A stretch of DNA of 64,000 bases from Savitreella phatthalungensis (taxonomy: Eukaryota). Made by a program: the position numbers and the translations under genes. Of the stretch, positions 23,259 to 33,795 are shown piece after piece. The stretch spans positions 496,001 to 560,000 of the forward strand of contig AP039689.1 in assembly GCA_051599415.1 (NCBI GenBank). The letters are read 5' to 3'. The stretch's first letter is position 1, and every line of letters starts with the position of its first letter. The notes under the pieces were generated by a model. That model was given only the letters and a program-made list of their open reading frames with translations, did no database searches and was not told where the DNA came from.

Positions 23259-24323
23259 TCATTCGCTGTGTGCCTCCTTTTCGCTGTGACTGGAGGCACC
23301 GAACATACATAAGATCTGTTCCCCCATTTCAATTACCTCTTGTTTTTCCCGCCTCTCGATTTGAAGCAGCGCGGCGAGGTCGTCAATGCGAGCACGTTGC
23401 GCTGACACCTCCTCGTCGCATCTGGCCAACTGTTCGTCCTTCTCCTTCATCTTTTCGTTATGTCTCGCCTCCCAGTCCTTCTTGAGTGTAGTAACTTTGC
23501 GGATGTGCTTCTTGCTGTACTCAGTGTGGAGTGATTCGCTCTGCGCTATCAGCGCAGCATTATGGTCAGCATTACTGACGCTGGCGGCAAGCTCCCCACG
23601 TAGATCCCGTAATTGGCGTTCGAGCTCGCGAGTCTTCAGCTCGAAATCACTCTTGATTGTCTCAATGTCTCTAAGCGTGTAGATGGGGATCGAGGAGGGC
23701 GAGTAGACGCAGGGCGTTACGTCAAGCAGAAATTCCTCGCCATTATCGGTTCGCAATTTAGACAGTTGGGAACGACCTAATGCTCTGTCAGGAGTCCGGA
23801 AAGAGAGTAAATCTCCGAACTGGCTTTTCCCGTCATGGTCTGCTTCCTCGCCGCGATTGGCTGAGCAATAATCCGCATACCCGTTTTCCTGCCTTTCATC
23901 GATGATCACAGGCCTACGCCTTTCTTCTCTGGCTTCGTCCGAGTGTCGAAGCAAATTCGTAGCAAAACATGTCAATGTCCCGTCTGTTTGTTGCTCGTGA
24001 GAGCCGTTGGCAATGTTGAAACGCTCGACAGAGTGGCAATACGCGGCGCTCAAAGCACCAGCTCGCGAATTATCGTCACCGGGCGTGCTCTTCGCCAATG
24101 TCGAGATGATTTCAGGTAGAATCGGGTTTGTTATAGGCGAAGGCCGATGCGACGGTCGCTCACCAGCACCCATCACGAGCCGCTTCTCAGTGTGTCGCGA
24201 CCTTGGAGTGGCATCGTCATCAATTTCATCAAGGCCACGCTTACTTCTCTGAGACGAGGGCGATCTCATGATGGCCTTCTGTTCCAGTGCGCTTAAGCAA
24301 TTGACCTCGATGGTCTGAAGCAT
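23259..24323 (-). CDS. Coiled-coil protein with a fungal TACC-like (Alp7/Slk19-type) C-terminus
   Basis: LHTEYSKKHIRKVTTLKKDWEAR...ERREKQEVI resembles the fungal TACC signature as I recall it; disordered N-terminus. Confidence 0.55.
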   Translation of the reverse strand: MLQTIEVNCLSALEQKAIMRSPSSQRSKRGLDEIDDDATPRSRHTEKRLVMGAGERPSHRPSPITNPILPEIISTLAKSTPGDDNSRAGALSAAYCHSVERFNIANGSHEQQTDGTLTCFATNLLRHSDEAREERRRPVIIDERQENGYADYCSANRGEEADHDGKSQFGDLLSFRTPDRALGRSQLSKLRTDNGEEFLLDVTPCVYSPSSIPIYTLRDIETIKSDFELKTRELERQLRDLRGELAASVSNADHNAALIAQSESLHTEYSKKHIRKVTTLKKDWEARHNEKMKEKDEQLARCDEEVSAQRARIDDLAALLQIERREKQEVIEMGEQILCMFGASSHSEKEAHSE

Positions 24324-26314
24324 CTTGATAGTCAGCTGAGGTAGCCGCCTCCGATGCCGCCCGCTGATCTGTCTGCGTCCTCAAGCTTTGGAAGAGAGGA
24401 GCAATTTGGGACAAGCGTGTTGGCGACTGGCATGCAGTCATGTATGTGTTGACAAACCTCGCATGTGGGTGGTTGCCAAGATCAAAATTGCAATTTCGTC
24501 CGGCCTTCCCATGTTCGATTGTGGCTTGTTTTGCATGCTACTAAGATCGATCATGGCACATACACGCCGGAAACTCAAATTCATCATGATGCATCGGATA
24601 ATTGGCAGTAATGATTGCAGTCAGACGTGTTCTACGTTCATTTTCCGCTGCTGCGACCTTTAAATTTTCATGTGTGGGACAAGTTTTTGGTTTTGGGAGT
24701 ATTTAGTCGGGTAATTCTGGTATGGACGCAGCTCAAATTTGGTGTCATGTAGAAGATGATCTGCCCCCTGCGCAACATTCCATATGTGGCTCTCACCTTA
24801 GATTCAGGTCAGTAGGCACAGAGATGACATATGAGGCGTCCAGAGCCCTACAGAGGTAGTAGAGCTGTTCAAACATTCTTTGCGATGTCCTGCAGAGTGT
24901 CTATTGATGTGCGTCTTTGAAATTATTGAAATCTGATTCAATATATGCTACAACCATGTATCTGCTCTGATCATTTAAATTTTTCTCCTTTATACTTAAA
25001 GATCTTGAAATTAGGACCGTTTTTTCAAACAGCAGAAGTCAGGTTTGACTGTATTGAAATTAAGAATTTGACAGGATCCAGGCCGATCGGATCGGTGATG
25101 TGATCGCATACTACGATTTATGCATCGACACGATATGGATCAACTGGTCATATATGGGTCGAGCAGGCCTTCATGGCTGCCTCGCTTGGCGCAAGCAACG
25201 AGACGCTGTTCTGCGAGACATAGATTCATGATATCAGGATGGTCATTGATTGCATTTTGCTGCCCTCCAATTGTAGCGCCCATACAATATTCCATTCTCC
25301 GCCGAAAAGCGGAACTCTCTTGTGCTCATCTTGACGCTTCGGGCTGTTGGGGGCACGATGACTTCGCGCTTACGCCATTGTACGAAGTCTTTCGGAAAAT
25401 CATAGTCAACATGGTCAGGCAGTACTGAACACGCTCGACACTCTGTACTCTTTTAAAATCCAGACGCACTCGATATGGCAAATCTTGTCAGCTGTCGTAA
25501 TCTCTCCATACATTACCATGCGCCGCGACGCCCTTTACGTGCCGACCACTTTGTTTTCGCATCCGCCCGAGTTGATCGCGCTCATTACGTTCTTACATTG
25601 CTCCCGTAACACGCCCGGCGAGGCCCTTTGCACCTTGATATTAGCCTTCATGTGTTCTGTTAGCTTTCGTGACCCTTGTGGGACCCAATTGAGCAGGCGG
25701 CAACAATGAGCTCCGCTTCTCGATGATTAGAGCCGGACGATTCCAACCCCATACAGATCAGCTAAAATTAGTCCGCCATCATAGATAGCCGGTCATTGTC
25801 AACCGATCGATCGTGATCGACCGACTACAGTCAAAGAATTGCGACGATGTTGCGCTTCGTTCTGTAGACTGGCCGCGATCTGCAAAATATCCGCATGAAG
25901 CCAGCTTGCACGCGGCTGTAATTGACGTTCATTGCAATCGATAATGCATGGCGCATGTATCCTGCGCAGCTGACACAGACACGGCGACTCCTGGTACGAA
26001 ATAAACATGTGCCGGCGGACCGCACACATTGCCAATGATTCGAGACTCATAAGCATGAGCACATGTATGAGCACAAGCATGAGCATTTTCAAGAACTCGG
26101 CGTGGCGGATAGAGCGCGTCGTAACGGGAGCGCAGGCTGAAGAGTGCAGTACGAATGCACATCTGGATACCACGAGTGAGAATACACAAGAGGCCACATG
26201 ATCGACCATCGGCTCTGAGCCGATGTTGTCTTTTGTCGTGCAGTGACGTATGTAGTGCAGAAGTCTGACCAGGATCGACTATATAGCTCGAGCTGTACGG
26301 AAAGGCTGAACGGG

Positions 26315-27748
26315 TCACATGTTCGACAATGTGGATGGGCCATCACGCACACGCCGGAGGAGCATCTGTCGACCAGATGCCGGCAGTCGCTTGAAGGCGT
26401 CTTGGAAATTGGCCATACTAGGAAGCATGTCTATTTTCGGCTCGAGCACGTCCGCTTCAAGGTCATGCTCGTTGTTGGTAGAGGCATAAAGCAAATCAAG
26501 AATTTCATTCGACATTTCTGCAGCCCGGCTGTCCTGAAGCGCTCTGAGCAGCTCAGCTGGGTGTATGGCTGCATCCTTATCTGCGATCTTTCGCATCCAG
26601 CGAAGCAGCTTATCTTCCAATGAGCCAGCAGCGGAACGCTTTCGAGGATCATGCCTGTCTTTTTCAGGCCAATCGAGCTCTATCTCGACAGATATGTCAG
26701 AATCAGCTGCCCCGGATCGTTCGCCAAGATTATTGGTCGATACAGTGATGCTTTGTGTCAGCTCAGCCGCGGCATTCGCAGACTGTTGTACATCTGGAAG
26801 TCCCACGCCCTGCCCATTGACAGCTGCATCATCGGCTCGGCGAGATTGGAGAGCGCGGCATAAGTTTTCAAGGCGGTCGGCTTTGCTTCGTAGAAGATCC
26901 CTCTCTCGTCGATGGCTCTGCCGCTCCTCCGCCATTTCAAGGATGTTACGATTGGCGACCTCACATTTGCTGCGAATCAGGGCATTCTCTTTCTCCAACT
27001 TTTTGATTTTGCGTGTCATGCCTTCCATTTCGCGACGGAAGTTAAGAAACAGGTCATTGGAGTTATTCAAAGTGTCCTCCACTTGTCTGAATTTGTCGAC
27101 ATAAATGTTGAGCTGAGCGCGAAGTTCGGCTTCGGTCTCTCCAAATGTGCTGACCTGTGCATGCAAGATGGTTGCTCGTTGACTCTCTGTCTTGAAAGTC
27201 TTCCGCAGCAGCTCGATTTGACGATACAACGTTTGCGCTTCGAGATCTCTAGTCTTGAGCGTTGCTTGATATTGCTGTTCACGTAGCTCATATTGCTCGA
27301 GAAAGGTTTTCAATTTATCTTTCAGCTCCAATACATCAACTTGATTTCTTTCAGAGTGGCAAGACAGAGAATCGAACTTGTTGCCAGCTTTCAGCTCAAG
27401 ATGCTCAGGAGCTTCCACGGTCATCGGCACGTCGACAAATCGACCTGTTGACCCGGCACGTCCCTGATCGGGGAGTTGGTCGCCTCGCGTCCGCCAGTCG
27501 TAGCATGAGACATCCAGATCAGAACAGCTCGTCCCGGACACTTCGCGTTCCGCACGAAGACTCAGCAAAGCGAGCTCTGTCTTACGCATCGTCGAAACCA
27601 GCCGATCATGCTTCTTCTCCAAATCAGAAATTTTCGCTAGTTCTGACCAGGTTTCAGATAGCAAGTCAAGAAGCTGCTCAATGATCGCGATGTGTTCCTC
27701 CGCAACCGCATGATCTGATACAGTATTCATCCCCGACCTTTTGCCCAT
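26315..27748 (-). CDS. Taxilin-family coiled-coil protein with C-terminal extension
   Basis: QYELRE, ELRAQLNIYVDKFRQVEDTLNNSNDLFLNFRREME.M..KIKKLEKEN, LENLCRALQ. Confidence 0.85.
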   Translation of the reverse strand: MGKRSGMNTVSDHAVAEEHIAIIEQLLDLLSETWSELAKISDLEKKHDRLVSTMRKTELALLSLRAEREVSGTSCSDLDVSCYDWRTRGDQLPDQGRAGSTGRFVDVPMTVEAPEHLELKAGNKFDSLSCHSERNQVDVLELKDKLKTFLEQYELREQQYQATLKTRDLEAQTLYRQIELLRKTFKTESQRATILHAQVSTFGETEAELRAQLNIYVDKFRQVEDTLNNSNDLFLNFRREMEGMTRKIKKLEKENALIRSKCEVANRNILEMAEERQSHRRERDLLRSKADRLENLCRALQSRRADDAAVNGQGVGLPDVQQSANAAAELTQSITVSTNNLGERSGAADSDISVEIELDWPEKDRHDPRKRSAAGSLEDKLLRWMRKIADKDAAIHPAELLRALQDSRAAEMSNEILDLLYASTNNEHDLEADVLEPKIDMLPSMANFQDAFKRLPASGRQMLLRRVRDGPSTLSNM

Positions 27749-28337
27749 CCAGCCTCTCTTTCTTCGCCGTTATTGGTAGGCTTTCAAGTATCCTATGGCC
27801 GCCGCCCCACGTATCAGAGGCAGTAGGACACGCGCTCGTGCAACGTTGGTCTGGTCAACGTCCTTCCAGCGTCATAAGGATGTATCCATTTCGCCAAAGA
27901 TACATGGAGGCCATATATGCATGTCAAGAATCGTGATCCATCGATCGGATTTCCTTTCCGACTGGAAATGCAAACCCCTGCTGCTGTGTCCTGCTTCCAA
28001 TTGAATCCCATGTCTATAGAGTTCATTCCAGCTCTATACGAAAAAAAAATAAATAGTTGTCAGCTAGGGCAAATCGTTAAATACGGAGCGAACGAATTGA
28101 CGCCTTCAATCCTTACAAAGAATCCCGAGCACGGAGAACGATCAGCAGCAAATGTCGGGATGCTGACGCAAATAATTTATGTACTTTGTCACTCTAGTGT
28201 TCAGTCGCCGTGATCCAGATATCATTAAGGTCAAGCACATAGTCGTTGCCCCAGCATTGTGTGCCGCCCCTGAATTACGACTCACTGACCAAGATTACTC
28301 GAAATCGAGATGCGCAACTGACTGGCGCCAGTGTTGA

Positions 28338-31300
28338 ATGCTCGGAAGCATGTTGCGCGCTGCCAGAACAAGATTGAGCCTGCTCAATAGCAGAAGCGCA
28401 GATGGTAGATTGAAGCGACTATCAAGATCTTTGTCTGTTGCAATTCATCCGGCAAGTTTCACCCTGGCAGATCGAATCGAATTGCCTGAGCTCGATTTGG
28501 AGGCATTCTTGTACCGACATGAGCAGACAGGGCTAGAGCATTTACATATCTCGCGCTCTGATGCGAACAATGTATTCTCTGTCGGTTTCGCCACCCCACC
28601 GAAAGATTTCACTGGTCTTCCGCACATACTCGAGCACATTGTACTCTGCGGATCCAAGGCATTCCCGGTGCGAGATCCGTTCTTCAAGATGCTCAACCGC
28701 AGTCTTGCAACATACATGAACGCCTTTACCGCGGTAGATCATACCTTCTATCCGTTTTCGACGGTCAACGAGACTGATTACAGCAACTTGCGTGACGTCT
28801 ATCTCGATGCGACTTTTCGTCCTCGCCTTCTAGAGGCAGACTTTCGGCAGGAAGGATGGCGACTTGAACACGTGGTGCCTTCTGATGCGTCCTCGCCACT
28901 CGAGCTGAAAGGAGTGGTGTACAACGAGATGAAGGGACAAATGTCAGATTCTGCGTATTGGTTCCTGATCGCTTATACACGAGAGATGTTCAGAGGCACT
29001 ATATATGGCAACGATAGTGGCGGAGATCCGCTTGCAATACCAACTCTGACACACGGCGATCTTGTGGACTATCATCGACGCCATTATCAGCCTTCGAACG
29101 CGAAGGTTTACACATACGGCTCTTTCAATCCACGTCACACGCAAACGGCTCTTATCGACATGTTGGAAGGCTACACGCCAGATCAGCCGGTCTCACCAGA
29201 TGTTTTCAAGCTACGCTTGCATTCTCGAGGTCGTGTTGATGCGATCGGTCCGTTCGATGAACTCGCACCGGAGAATCGGCAACTCCGTCACAGCTTATCT
29301 TACATCTGCAATCCGATCACTGATGCGTTCGAGACCTTCGCCATGCGCATCTTGTCCACGCTTTTGCTCGACGGTCATGGGGCGCCGTTTTACGAGAGCC
29401 TAATCCAGAACGGACTGGGCTCGGATTTCGCACCGAACACAGGCTATGACACATCAGCTCCAGTGACAGTCTTCACTATTGGTTTGCAAGGTGTGCAAGA
29501 GGCACAACTCGACCAAGTACGCCAGACAATATCTGACACCATGCAAAAAGTGACCGTCGAAGGATTCTCGACAGACAAGATCGAAGGCGTCCTGCACCAG
29601 ATTGAGATTGCTCAGAAGCGCAGAAGCGCCAACTTTGGAATGAACTTGCTGAACACTTTATCTGGACCATGGATAAAGGGAGTGCCAATATCGGAGCTCC
29701 TCGTATGGAACAGCAATGTGCAGCGTTTACGCGCGTCGCTGGCGCAAGGTCCGTTTTTTCAGGATTTGATGCGCAAATATCTCATGCGAGAACCAGATTT
29801 GGATTTTGTCATGCGTCCTGGCGACTTCCATAAAACAAGAATGAGGGCGGAGCAGGAAAATCTGGAGCACAAGGCCGCCGCCTCTGACAGCAAGAGAATC
29901 CTGGCAGAAGCTGCCGAATTGCAGACACTGCAGAATCAAGAAGAAGATTTGACGTGTCTACCGACACTGACCACAGCCGACATTCCAGTTCAGGGTCGAC
30001 ATACCTCGCTCGAGAAGTATCACGATGGTGACATCCTCGTCTACCGGAATAGCACTCTGTCCGGGGTAACATACATTCGACTTTTGATCGACCTTCACAT
30101 GCCAGTCAACCTCCTACCTTACTTGCCATTGTATAGTGAATGTCTACTCAACCTCGGTACAAAATCCAGCACAATGTCCGAGCTGGAGGACAAGATCCGC
30201 CTCAAGACTGGCGGGTTCACGAGCTCGACGTTCGCGGTTGATCATCCCGACGATCTGAATCGCGCCAATTATGGCATAGTTCTCGCAGGTCATGCCTTGG
30301 ACGCGAATGCCTCTGCCATGATCGACCTCATGTCAGAAATGCTGGAGCCTGATTTTGCAAATGAGGACAAGCTGGCGGCTCACCTGAGAATGCAGGCGGC
30401 TGGCCTGACCTCTGCTGTTGCGGACTCCGGTCATCATTTCGCGCAAACAGCGGCGAACGCATCTCTGACCCCAAGCGCGGCACTAAACGAGACTTTTGGG
30501 GGGCTCTCGCAGGTTCGACTGATTGCCAGGCTTGCAGCAAATCCAAAGGAAGCGCTGCAACCATTGAAGGCAATACATGACTACGTGCGGGTAGGGAGAC
30601 GCCGTGTCCTACTGACAGGCATAGCGGCCGATGTATCATGCCTTGCGCCATCGCCGGCTGAGTTTCATGGGGAACTCGACGCGGGGACTGACACAGACTG
30701 CGAAAAGGGCCTATCGGGCAGACTTTTGTATGAAACACCCTACGATGTCGATTACGCATCTTACGCCCTCCTTGGATTTCCCTACACAGATGCACGGGGG
30801 CCGCCGATGCAGGTGGCGGCGAAGCTGCTCACCAACAAGTTCCTCCACAAGGAGATACGTGAGAAAGGCGGTGCGTATGGTGGCGGTGCCAGCTACAACA
30901 AAGGTATTCTGTCGTTCTACTCTTATCGCGATCCGGACGGTTTGCGTAGCATCAAAACTATGGCTCGCTCTTGTGATTGGCTTTTGAGTCAGACTCTGAC
31001 TGTTCGAGACTTGGACGAGGCCAAGCTTGCGCTCTTTCAGGCTATCGACATGCCTGTTGCCCTTGGTTCAGAAGGCGCAACTGAATTTATGTCAGGTCTC
31101 TCGGCCGAAATACGACAACGACGCCGAGAGCGGCTGCTTGGGGTGACGCTCGAGGATGTGCGTCAGTCTGCAATGTTAATGAAACAGTCCGTCAAGTCAA
31201 GCGCGATCCTGCGCAGGGCTTCTCTTGGCCAGGTGGACGGGTGGCAGCTACGTTCTTTTCTCCAGGATAAACCAGATTCTCCGCAAATACCTAGCGACCA

Positions 31301-31721
31301 ACGGGAGGCCATGAAGCCCGTGACAGACTCATATGGTCAATGCCACAGCAACCCGCTGCACCTTCGCGGATCGATCGCAACAATCGAGATCACCCAAGGG
31401 GCTCAAGACCGTCTGAATCAGATCCTTCAAGCTTCGAGCTGCTTGCGCGTCAGCCTCGAACCGGGCGGTTGTCATGGCTATCAGTACAAATTTTCGATCG
31501 ACTCTCATATCGAGGATGATGACTGCATTATTGCACGAGGTAAGGCACGTCTGGTCGTCGATCATACGTCGCTAGAGCTGATGGAAGGAAGTAAACTTGA
31601 TTTCGCCCATGAGCTGATCGGAGCCGAGTTCAAAATCATCGACAATCCCCGAGCAACTTCTTCGTGCGGTTGCGATATAAGCATTTCGATCAACACTAGC
31701 AAGAAAGGCTCGGTGGTCTGA
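28338..31721 (+). CDS. CYM1-ISA2: Fusion ORF: mitochondrial presequence protease Cym1/PreP (M16C) + C-terminal Isa2 (HesB/A-type Fe-S carrier)
   Basis: Arg-rich presequence; HILEH zinc motif, RDPFFKMLNRS, GVVYNEMKG, EIREKGGAYGG, YSYRDP; then in frame GGCHGYQY and NPRATSSCGC. Confidence 0.9.
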   Translation: MLGSMLRAARTRLSLLNSRSADGRLKRLSRSLSVAIHPASFTLADRIELPELDLEAFLYRHEQTGLEHLHISRSDANNVFSVGFATPPKDFTGLPHILEHIVLCGSKAFPVRDPFFKMLNRSLATYMNAFTAVDHTFYPFSTVNETDYSNLRDVYLDATFRPRLLEADFRQEGWRLEHVVPSDASSPLELKGVVYNEMKGQMSDSAYWFLIAYTREMFRGTIYGNDSGGDPLAIPTLTHGDLVDYHRRHYQPSNAKVYTYGSFNPRHTQTALIDMLEGYTPDQPVSPDVFKLRLHSRGRVDAIGPFDELAPENRQLRHSLSYICNPITDAFETFAMRILSTLLLDGHGAPFYESLIQNGLGSDFAPNTGYDTSAPVTVFTIGLQGVQEAQLDQVRQTISDTMQKVTVEGFSTDKIEGVLHQIEIAQKRRSANFGMNLLNTLSGPWIKGVPISELLVWNSNVQRLRASLAQGPFFQDLMRKYLMREPDLDFVMRPGDFHKTRMRAEQENLEHKAAASDSKRILAEAAELQTLQNQEEDLTCLPTLTTADIPVQGRHTSLEKYHDGDILVYRNSTLSGVTYIRLLIDLHMPVNLLPYLPLYSECLLNLGTKSSTMSELEDKIRLKTGGFTSSTFAVDHPDDLNRANYGIVLAGHALDANASAMIDLMSEMLEPDFANEDKLAAHLRMQAAGLTSAVADSGHHFAQTAANASLTPSAALNETFGGLSQVRLIARLAANPKEALQPLKAIHDYVRVGRRRVLLTGIAADVSCLAPSPAEFHGELDAGTDTDCEKGLSGRLLYETPYDVDYASYALLGFPYTDARGPPMQVAAKLLTNKFLHKEIREKGGAYGGGASYNKGILSFYSYRDPDGLRSIKTMARSCDWLLSQTLTVRDLDEAKLALFQAIDMPVALGSEGATEFMSGLSAEIRQRRRERLLGVTLEDVRQSAMLMKQSVKSSAILRRASLGQVDGWQLRSFLQDKPDSPQIPSDQREAMKPVTDSYGQCHSNPLHLRGSIATIEITQGAQDRLNQILQASSCLRVSLEPGGCHGYQYKFSIDSHIEDDDCIIARGKARLVVDHTSLELMEGSKLDFAHELIGAEFKIIDNPRATSSCGCDISISINTSKKGSVV

Positions 31722-31803
31722 CAGAGAAATACGATTGCTGAGAAATTGATCGAAGATTATCGCCGGTCGGGTACTCATATCGTCCAGCCAGAGGTGCAGG
31801 AAC

Positions 31804-33324
31804 CTATGGGAGCGCGCGACCGGCCAAGACATCTCTTGAGAGATCACGCATCATGGTGCGAGGAGTATTCTCATCACTCGAGGCGTTTACCGCGGTTTGT
31901 AGGCTTTTTCCGGTCATAAACGGATGTTGCAGAGCCTCGAAGATGCTGAAGCGTCGAGAGACGTCCACAGTCAAGAGCTTCTGCACCAAATCCTTCGCCT
32001 CATCACTTACCGAATCCCAATAGGGACGAGTGAATGCGAAGCGACCCTGTCGAATCTGGTCTCGGAGACCCGGCGGTGCGAGTTCCTCACTGAATGGCGG
32101 AAAGCCGCACAGGCATATGTACAAGACGACCCCGGCGCTCCAGGAGTCGACCTTGCGCGAGTAATGCAATTGGTTGTCATTTGCCCGGCTCAGCATCTCC
32201 GGTGGAATGTAGGATGGTGTGCCTGCAAGCGATGTTACGGCCGACTCGCCTTGTATGATCTTCGCTAGCCCGAAATCTGCAAGCCGTACCTCGAAATTCT
32301 CCGGCGAGCTCAGAAGTATATTTTCCGGCTTGATGTCGCGATGTACGATCGCATTTGCATGAAGATACTCCAACGCTTCGAATAGCTGCCGAAAAATCAG
32401 GCGCGTCTTCTGCTCAGAAAATTTCCCTTCCTTCACGATCCGATCGAAGAGCTCGCCCCCAGCGGCTAGCTCCAGAATAATGAACACGTGTTCCGGCGTG
32501 TCGAAAACGTCCCTCAAACAAGTGATCGCTGGATGTGTGCAGCTCATGAGGAGGCCTATTTCATGCAAAAAAGCCTTTCCTTTGATTAAATGCTTCTTAA
32601 TGACCTTGGCGGCGAACTTCTGCCCACTTTGGCGATCAGTTACCTCGTATACATCAGCAAAGTGTCCCTTGCCAAGGTGACGACCGCGCTCGAACCGATC
32701 GCTGAATGCTGCGCCCTCGACCTGCGGCTTATAGAAGTTCCAGCGCAGCTCAGCGGTCAGCTGGATTGCGTCTCCGTGCCGAAGTATGCGACTCTCGCAT
32801 GGGTCGACCAGCTCATCATCGACGTGAATTACTGAGTCGCCGCTGCACTGCACATAGACTGTGTCTTCCTCGGAACTGCGGATTCGGTAAATTACGCAGT
32901 GGTGGCGCGCCAAACCTGGCACACAGACGTCGCACTCCTCGGCACTACCGATTAGATAGCCACTCGCAGCTAGATTGTCACCATTGTAATCCTTCAGAAC
33001 GAGGTCGCCCTTTGTCCGCTCACATCTCTCATTCTTCTGCCCGCATCGGGATTCCTTTGAAAGCAGAAATGAGTGCGTAGTGGACAACATATAGCCCCAG
33101 ATACAGAGTCGATTCTCACATTCGTCTCGATTGATATTCGTCTCGACTTCATGTGCATATTCAGCCCGACGCCGAAGGGCAGCCCCAAGTAACGTATTTA
33201 TTTGTGCGTCGACTGGCACCGGGGCCGCGTTCGCTCGTCCGACTTTCGTCTTCTTTCGCGGAGATTCCGTTTGTGATTGTCCCGAGCTCTTATCTCCTTG
33301 GCTCGTGGGGGTCGGAGGCAGCAT
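31804..33324 (-). CDS. FHA-domain checkpoint kinase (Chk2/Cds1/Dun1 family)
   Basis: LGKGHFADVY, GGELFDRIV, HRDIKPENILL, DFGLAKII, YICLCGFPPFSEEL; FHA-like region precedes the kinase domain. Confidence 0.85.
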   Translation of the reverse strand: MLPPTPTSQGDKSSGQSQTESPRKKTKVGRANAAPVPVDAQINTLLGAALRRRAEYAHEVETNINRDECENRLCIWGYMLSTTHSFLLSKESRCGQKNERCERTKGDLVLKDYNGDNLAASGYLIGSAEECDVCVPGLARHHCVIYRIRSSEEDTVYVQCSGDSVIHVDDELVDPCESRILRHGDAIQLTAELRWNFYKPQVEGAAFSDRFERGRHLGKGHFADVYEVTDRQSGQKFAAKVIKKHLIKGKAFLHEIGLLMSCTHPAITCLRDVFDTPEHVFIILELAAGGELFDRIVKEGKFSEQKTRLIFRQLFEALEYLHANAIVHRDIKPENILLSSPENFEVRLADFGLAKIIQGESAVTSLAGTPSYIPPEMLSRANDNQLHYSRKVDSWSAGVVLYICLCGFPPFSEELAPPGLRDQIRQGRFAFTRPYWDSVSDEAKDLVQKLLTVDVSRRFSIFEALQHPFMTGKSLQTAVNASSDENTPRTMMRDLSRDVLAGRALP

Positions 33325-33795
33325 TTCAGGTAAAGGAAGACGCTGAGAATCACTCTCCTCTAGCCTCGACCCTCAAACCCTGACTGTAAATCGCGTGCTG
33401 TCGAATGTGGAGAATAAGATTTGAGCGAGGATGAGAAGAACTCTATGACGCGACGTTTCAGCGCTCAAGTTACAGGTTGAGCAAATGACAGTAGCACGTG
33501 CTCAGCCAAACTGCAAATTAAAGCTGAGCGTATGAAGCTTCGCTTTACACCGGTTTTCCGTGTGTTACCAAACGCCTTCAGAATCGTACCTCAAAAAGTG
33601 ATCAATAGACCTATCACATACAGTATATGCATGCTTGATGTGATTCAAATCCACTGATCACTTTTTTGTTGTCCATTTAGTGAATCTCGATGTCAGTTGA
33701 GCCAGACTAACAACATATAACCTGTTCGAATTTACAGTGATCGTGAAAACGTGTAAGTGTAGCGTCGACACTTCTAAAGCGCTCTCAGAGTCTGC

